Shown one piece after another: positions 61,409 to 64,000 of a stretch of 64,000 bases of DNA. The position numbers and the translations under genes were made by a program. Positions within the stretch are counted from its first letter, which is position 1; the number at the start of each line of letters is the position of its first letter. The notes beneath the pieces are model-generated. The model worked only from the letters and a program-made list of their open reading frames with translations. It did no database searches and had not been told where the DNA came from. The stretch is from Paraphysomonas bandaiensis (lineage: Eukaryota > Protista > Chrysophyceae), in the NCBI GenBank assembly GCA_965644295.1, contig CBFFRP010000342.1:62001-126000 (forward strand), in the 5' to 3' direction.

Positions 61409-62243
61409 CTTTACAATACATGAATTTATTTACGTAGTTTCTATAGTTGGATAGTGTAGCACCTGTGGAATTTAGTATAAACGTTTCCTTGTGAGGATTA
61501 GGATCTTGAAGTAGTACGTATAAAATTGAGTAATATACTAATGTCAAGTAGTACAGCACTATTACTAAGTAAAACGTATTCATTGCATCTTTGTTAGAAA
61601 GACTGTAACGTCTAAAAATCATTCCGTATCATGGAGTGCTCCGAGAGATCAAATAAGTGAGACTTTATTGATATATGGTGGTTATACTTAATCATCATTA
61701 CAAACTATATGACCTCCCATATGAACAAAATACAGAAAAAAGAATGTATATTATCAGGTTTGCGGCTTTTACTTCTAGGAGAAGGTGTTGTTGAGTTTTG
61801 CTTAAAGTTGAACAATTTTTACAAATGAGATATATTGTCATGTTCGTTGAAATATCTTGTCACATCAATTTTGGTGTGACTATTTAGTCAACTAGTTCAA
61901 TAACCTCGTTGTTAGTGTTCAACAGTTACAAGGTCGAGCTAAAGTTTTCATTCGAAAACATGTTAGTATAATCCACTCATATAACCATATAACATAATAC
62001 ATGCAGACTGCAGACAATGTATGAGTCATGTTTCCGCTGCTAGGGTTTTATATTAAAAGTGACTAGTTTCAAACCATCCTTACGATAACGAAATATGGTA
62101 TTCACAGAGTACATTTATTCTTAACATTAGGTAGTTTTACTTTGACTTTGTCACTATATTAATCACTAGTACTGATAGCAGACGCGCTTACCACTTAACT
62201 CTACTAATCTACCAATAAGAGACCATACACCAGTACTATATCC

Positions 62244-64000
62244 TCAGGATTGTGCATCGCCTGAATTTAGACCCCTTATAGCATTACTCTCTCTGCACGA
62301 GTCAATAAAACGCTTCCAATTATTGTCCCTATGTAATACATCTGGATTCCCAACAACGATTAGCAATGCCTTCGCTCTGGTGATTGCCACGTTAAAACGC
62401 TTGGCATTAGACACAAATCCTAAGTTTAAATTGATGTCCGTTTCAATGAATTGATGGCACGAACGAACAGTGGACATAATTATCACTAGTTTTTCTTGAC
62501 CTTGGAATTGTTCACAACTTCCCACCGCAATGTCGCGAATGTTTTCATGTTTCAAAGCGGTATTGAGTTTACTAACCTGCTTTTGATATGGAGCAATGAT
62601 ACCAATATCGCTGCAATTCACATTATTCACATTATTTGTTATCAACTTCTTCACGTAGGATACAATAACTTCTATTTCCGAGGAGTTGAACCAGCTCGGG
62701 CTGGATCCTTCCCGTTCATTCTTACCACTGGTTGCATGAAATATAATAGGGAATGTAGTATTAGGAAGTTCTTGCCAACCACACATTCTATGAGTTATAG
62801 CAGTATTTCCCGACGGAATAAGCTCGTTATCATAAAATAACTCATTAGGAACTGCAATTATACTTGGGTGACAGCGATAGCACCTAACAAGTTTCGTAAT
62901 AAAGCGTGGATCGTAACCAGTGTTACCACGCCGTTTATACAACTGACATGTGGATGACAAACGCTCCATCATAGAAAGTTCTAATCCCTTTTTCCCAGCA
63001 TCTGGGTTCATGGTTGTAGGCGAGAGTTGTTTATGATCACCTGCTAGTATGAGACGACCTTTTCTCTGTCCTCGAATACATGCCATTGTCTCAGCCTCCC
63101 AAGCATATCCAGCTTCATCAAGTACTATCATGTCAAAGTGGTTTTCCGGAATACCTATGTTGTATAATTTTCCCGCCATGGCGCAAGTAGATACGATCAC
63201 AGAGAAAGCACATAGATCTTTCAGTTTTGGTAGCACATAACCACCACTCACGTCACAGTACTTACAAAAACGTTCAACGTCTTCTGGGACATCAGACCGT
63301 CCAAACGCCATCAATCGAAACATATGCTTCTGATTTAGCTGATGTGACAGACGCTGACATAATAGATTAGCAGCAGAATTGCTTGTAGCGCACACAAGCA
63401 CATGCTTCTTTCTGTCCAAAACAAATTGATGAATTAATTCAACTACGGTGACAGTTTTTCCAGTTCCTGGAGGGCCGAATATAACATATGGAATGTGCCT
63501 ATATTCGGAAGCTAGTGCTGATTTGATCGCAAGTTGCTGCTCCTCATTTAAATCTCTATTGAAAAACTGCAAGTCTGGATTTGGAAGATTGGCATTATGT
63601 AAAGAAATATGTGACTGGCGTGGGAATATCCATGAAACTCGACAATTTTTGGCCAAATCTAGAGCCTGGTGTAGTATCCTAATGGTACTCCGTGACAAAG
63701 TAAACCTGATATGGTACGTATTCGAATCTTTGTGCTTCATATGGAATAAAGAGTGAAATTTTAATAGCACATTGTCGAGCTGTATCTCGTGCACATACCC
63801 GGAATACGTTTTCGAGTCTAGCACTGCATGAATCGCATCACCTCGAACTATAGATGGCCGCTTTTCCAATAATCCCTGGACACGTAGACGCAACAGTCCT
63901 CCGTTAGTACGTTTCAATTTGCCGTCAGGGATGTCATATATTTGAAGATTTCTCGCTACATATGATTCTTCTGCCCACAGCAGTTTGTGCTGAAATTCAA
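62244..64000 (-). CDS. MOV10: MOV10/SDE3/Armitage-like SF1 RNA helicase, 5' end outside the window
   Basis: GLLEKRPSIVRGD, FGPPGTGKT, DEAG, AGDHKQL, YRCHP, FQGQE, RFNVAITRA. The frame stays open to the window end (KLLWAEE...YDI). Confidence 0.88.
   Translation of the reverse strand, partial: EFQHKLLWAEESYVARNLQIYDIPDGKLKRTNGGLLRLRVQGLLEKRPSIVRGDAIHAVLDSKTYSGYVHEIQLDNVLLKFHSLFHMKHKDSNTYHIRFTLSRSTIRILHQALDLAKNCRVSWIFPRQSHISLHNANLPNPDLQFFNRDLNEEQQLAIKSALASEYRHIPYVIFGPPGTGKTVTVVELIHQFVLDRKKHVLVCATSNSAANLLCQRLSHQLNQKHMFRLMAFGRSDVPEDVERFCKYCDVSGGYVLPKLKDLCAFSVIVSTCAMAGKLYNIGIPENHFDMIVLDEAGYAWEAETMACIRGQRKGRLILAGDHKQLSPTTMNPDAGKKGLELSMMERLSSTCQLYKRRGNTGYDPRFITKLVRCYRCHPSIIAVPNELFYDNELIPSGNTAITHRMCGWQELPNTTFPIIFHATSGKNEREGSSPSWFNSSEIEVIVSYVKKLITNNVNNVNCSDIGIIAPYQKQVSKLNTALKHENIRDIAVGSCEQFQGQEKLVIIMSTVRSCHQFIETDINLNLGFVSNAKRFNVAITRAKALLIVVGNPDVLHRDNNWKRFIDSCRESNAIRGLNSGDAQS

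Noticed and set aside
51511-64000. TDP2 and MOV10 near a copia element as an anti-retroelement cluster
   Set aside because: They are separated by unrelated metabolic genes, and adjacency in a compact eukaryotic genome is not evidence of a functional system.
1-64000. tRNA, rRNA or snRNA genes
   Set aside because: None recognised by eye; a tRNAscan-SE/Infernal run would be needed to exclude them.

Overview
Gene-dense, intron-containing (GT-AG) eukaryotic DNA, probably a protist. A stramenopile is my inference from gene content, not a determination. About 15 host genes lie mostly in head-to-head pairs with (ATGT)n/(CA)n-rich promoters. They include a voltage-sensor-fused adenylyl cyclase, a WD40 protein, an RNF115/126-like RING-H2 ligase, UBE2W, a large PhoD-like protein, a glycosyltransferase, propionyl-CoA carboxylase alpha (PCCA), an intronless REase+kinase (Crinkler-like) gene, a TDP2-like EEP, an aldehyde oxidase with an N-terminal TM anchor, an amino-acid transporter and a MOV10/SDE3 helicase. 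The most striking structure is an intact, young Ty1/copia element (31612-37061). It is flanked by a 1,378-bp direct duplication of the PCCA 3' end (30236-31613 = 37062-38439) instead of a 5-bp TSD. Its U5 end is precise (...CAACA). Its U3 end is non-canonical (TATT rather than TGTT) and is clipped by 5 bp at the left junction. This is the pattern expected from one-ended integration completed by host repair, and it leaves PCCA intact. All comparisons were made by eye; no database searches were run.
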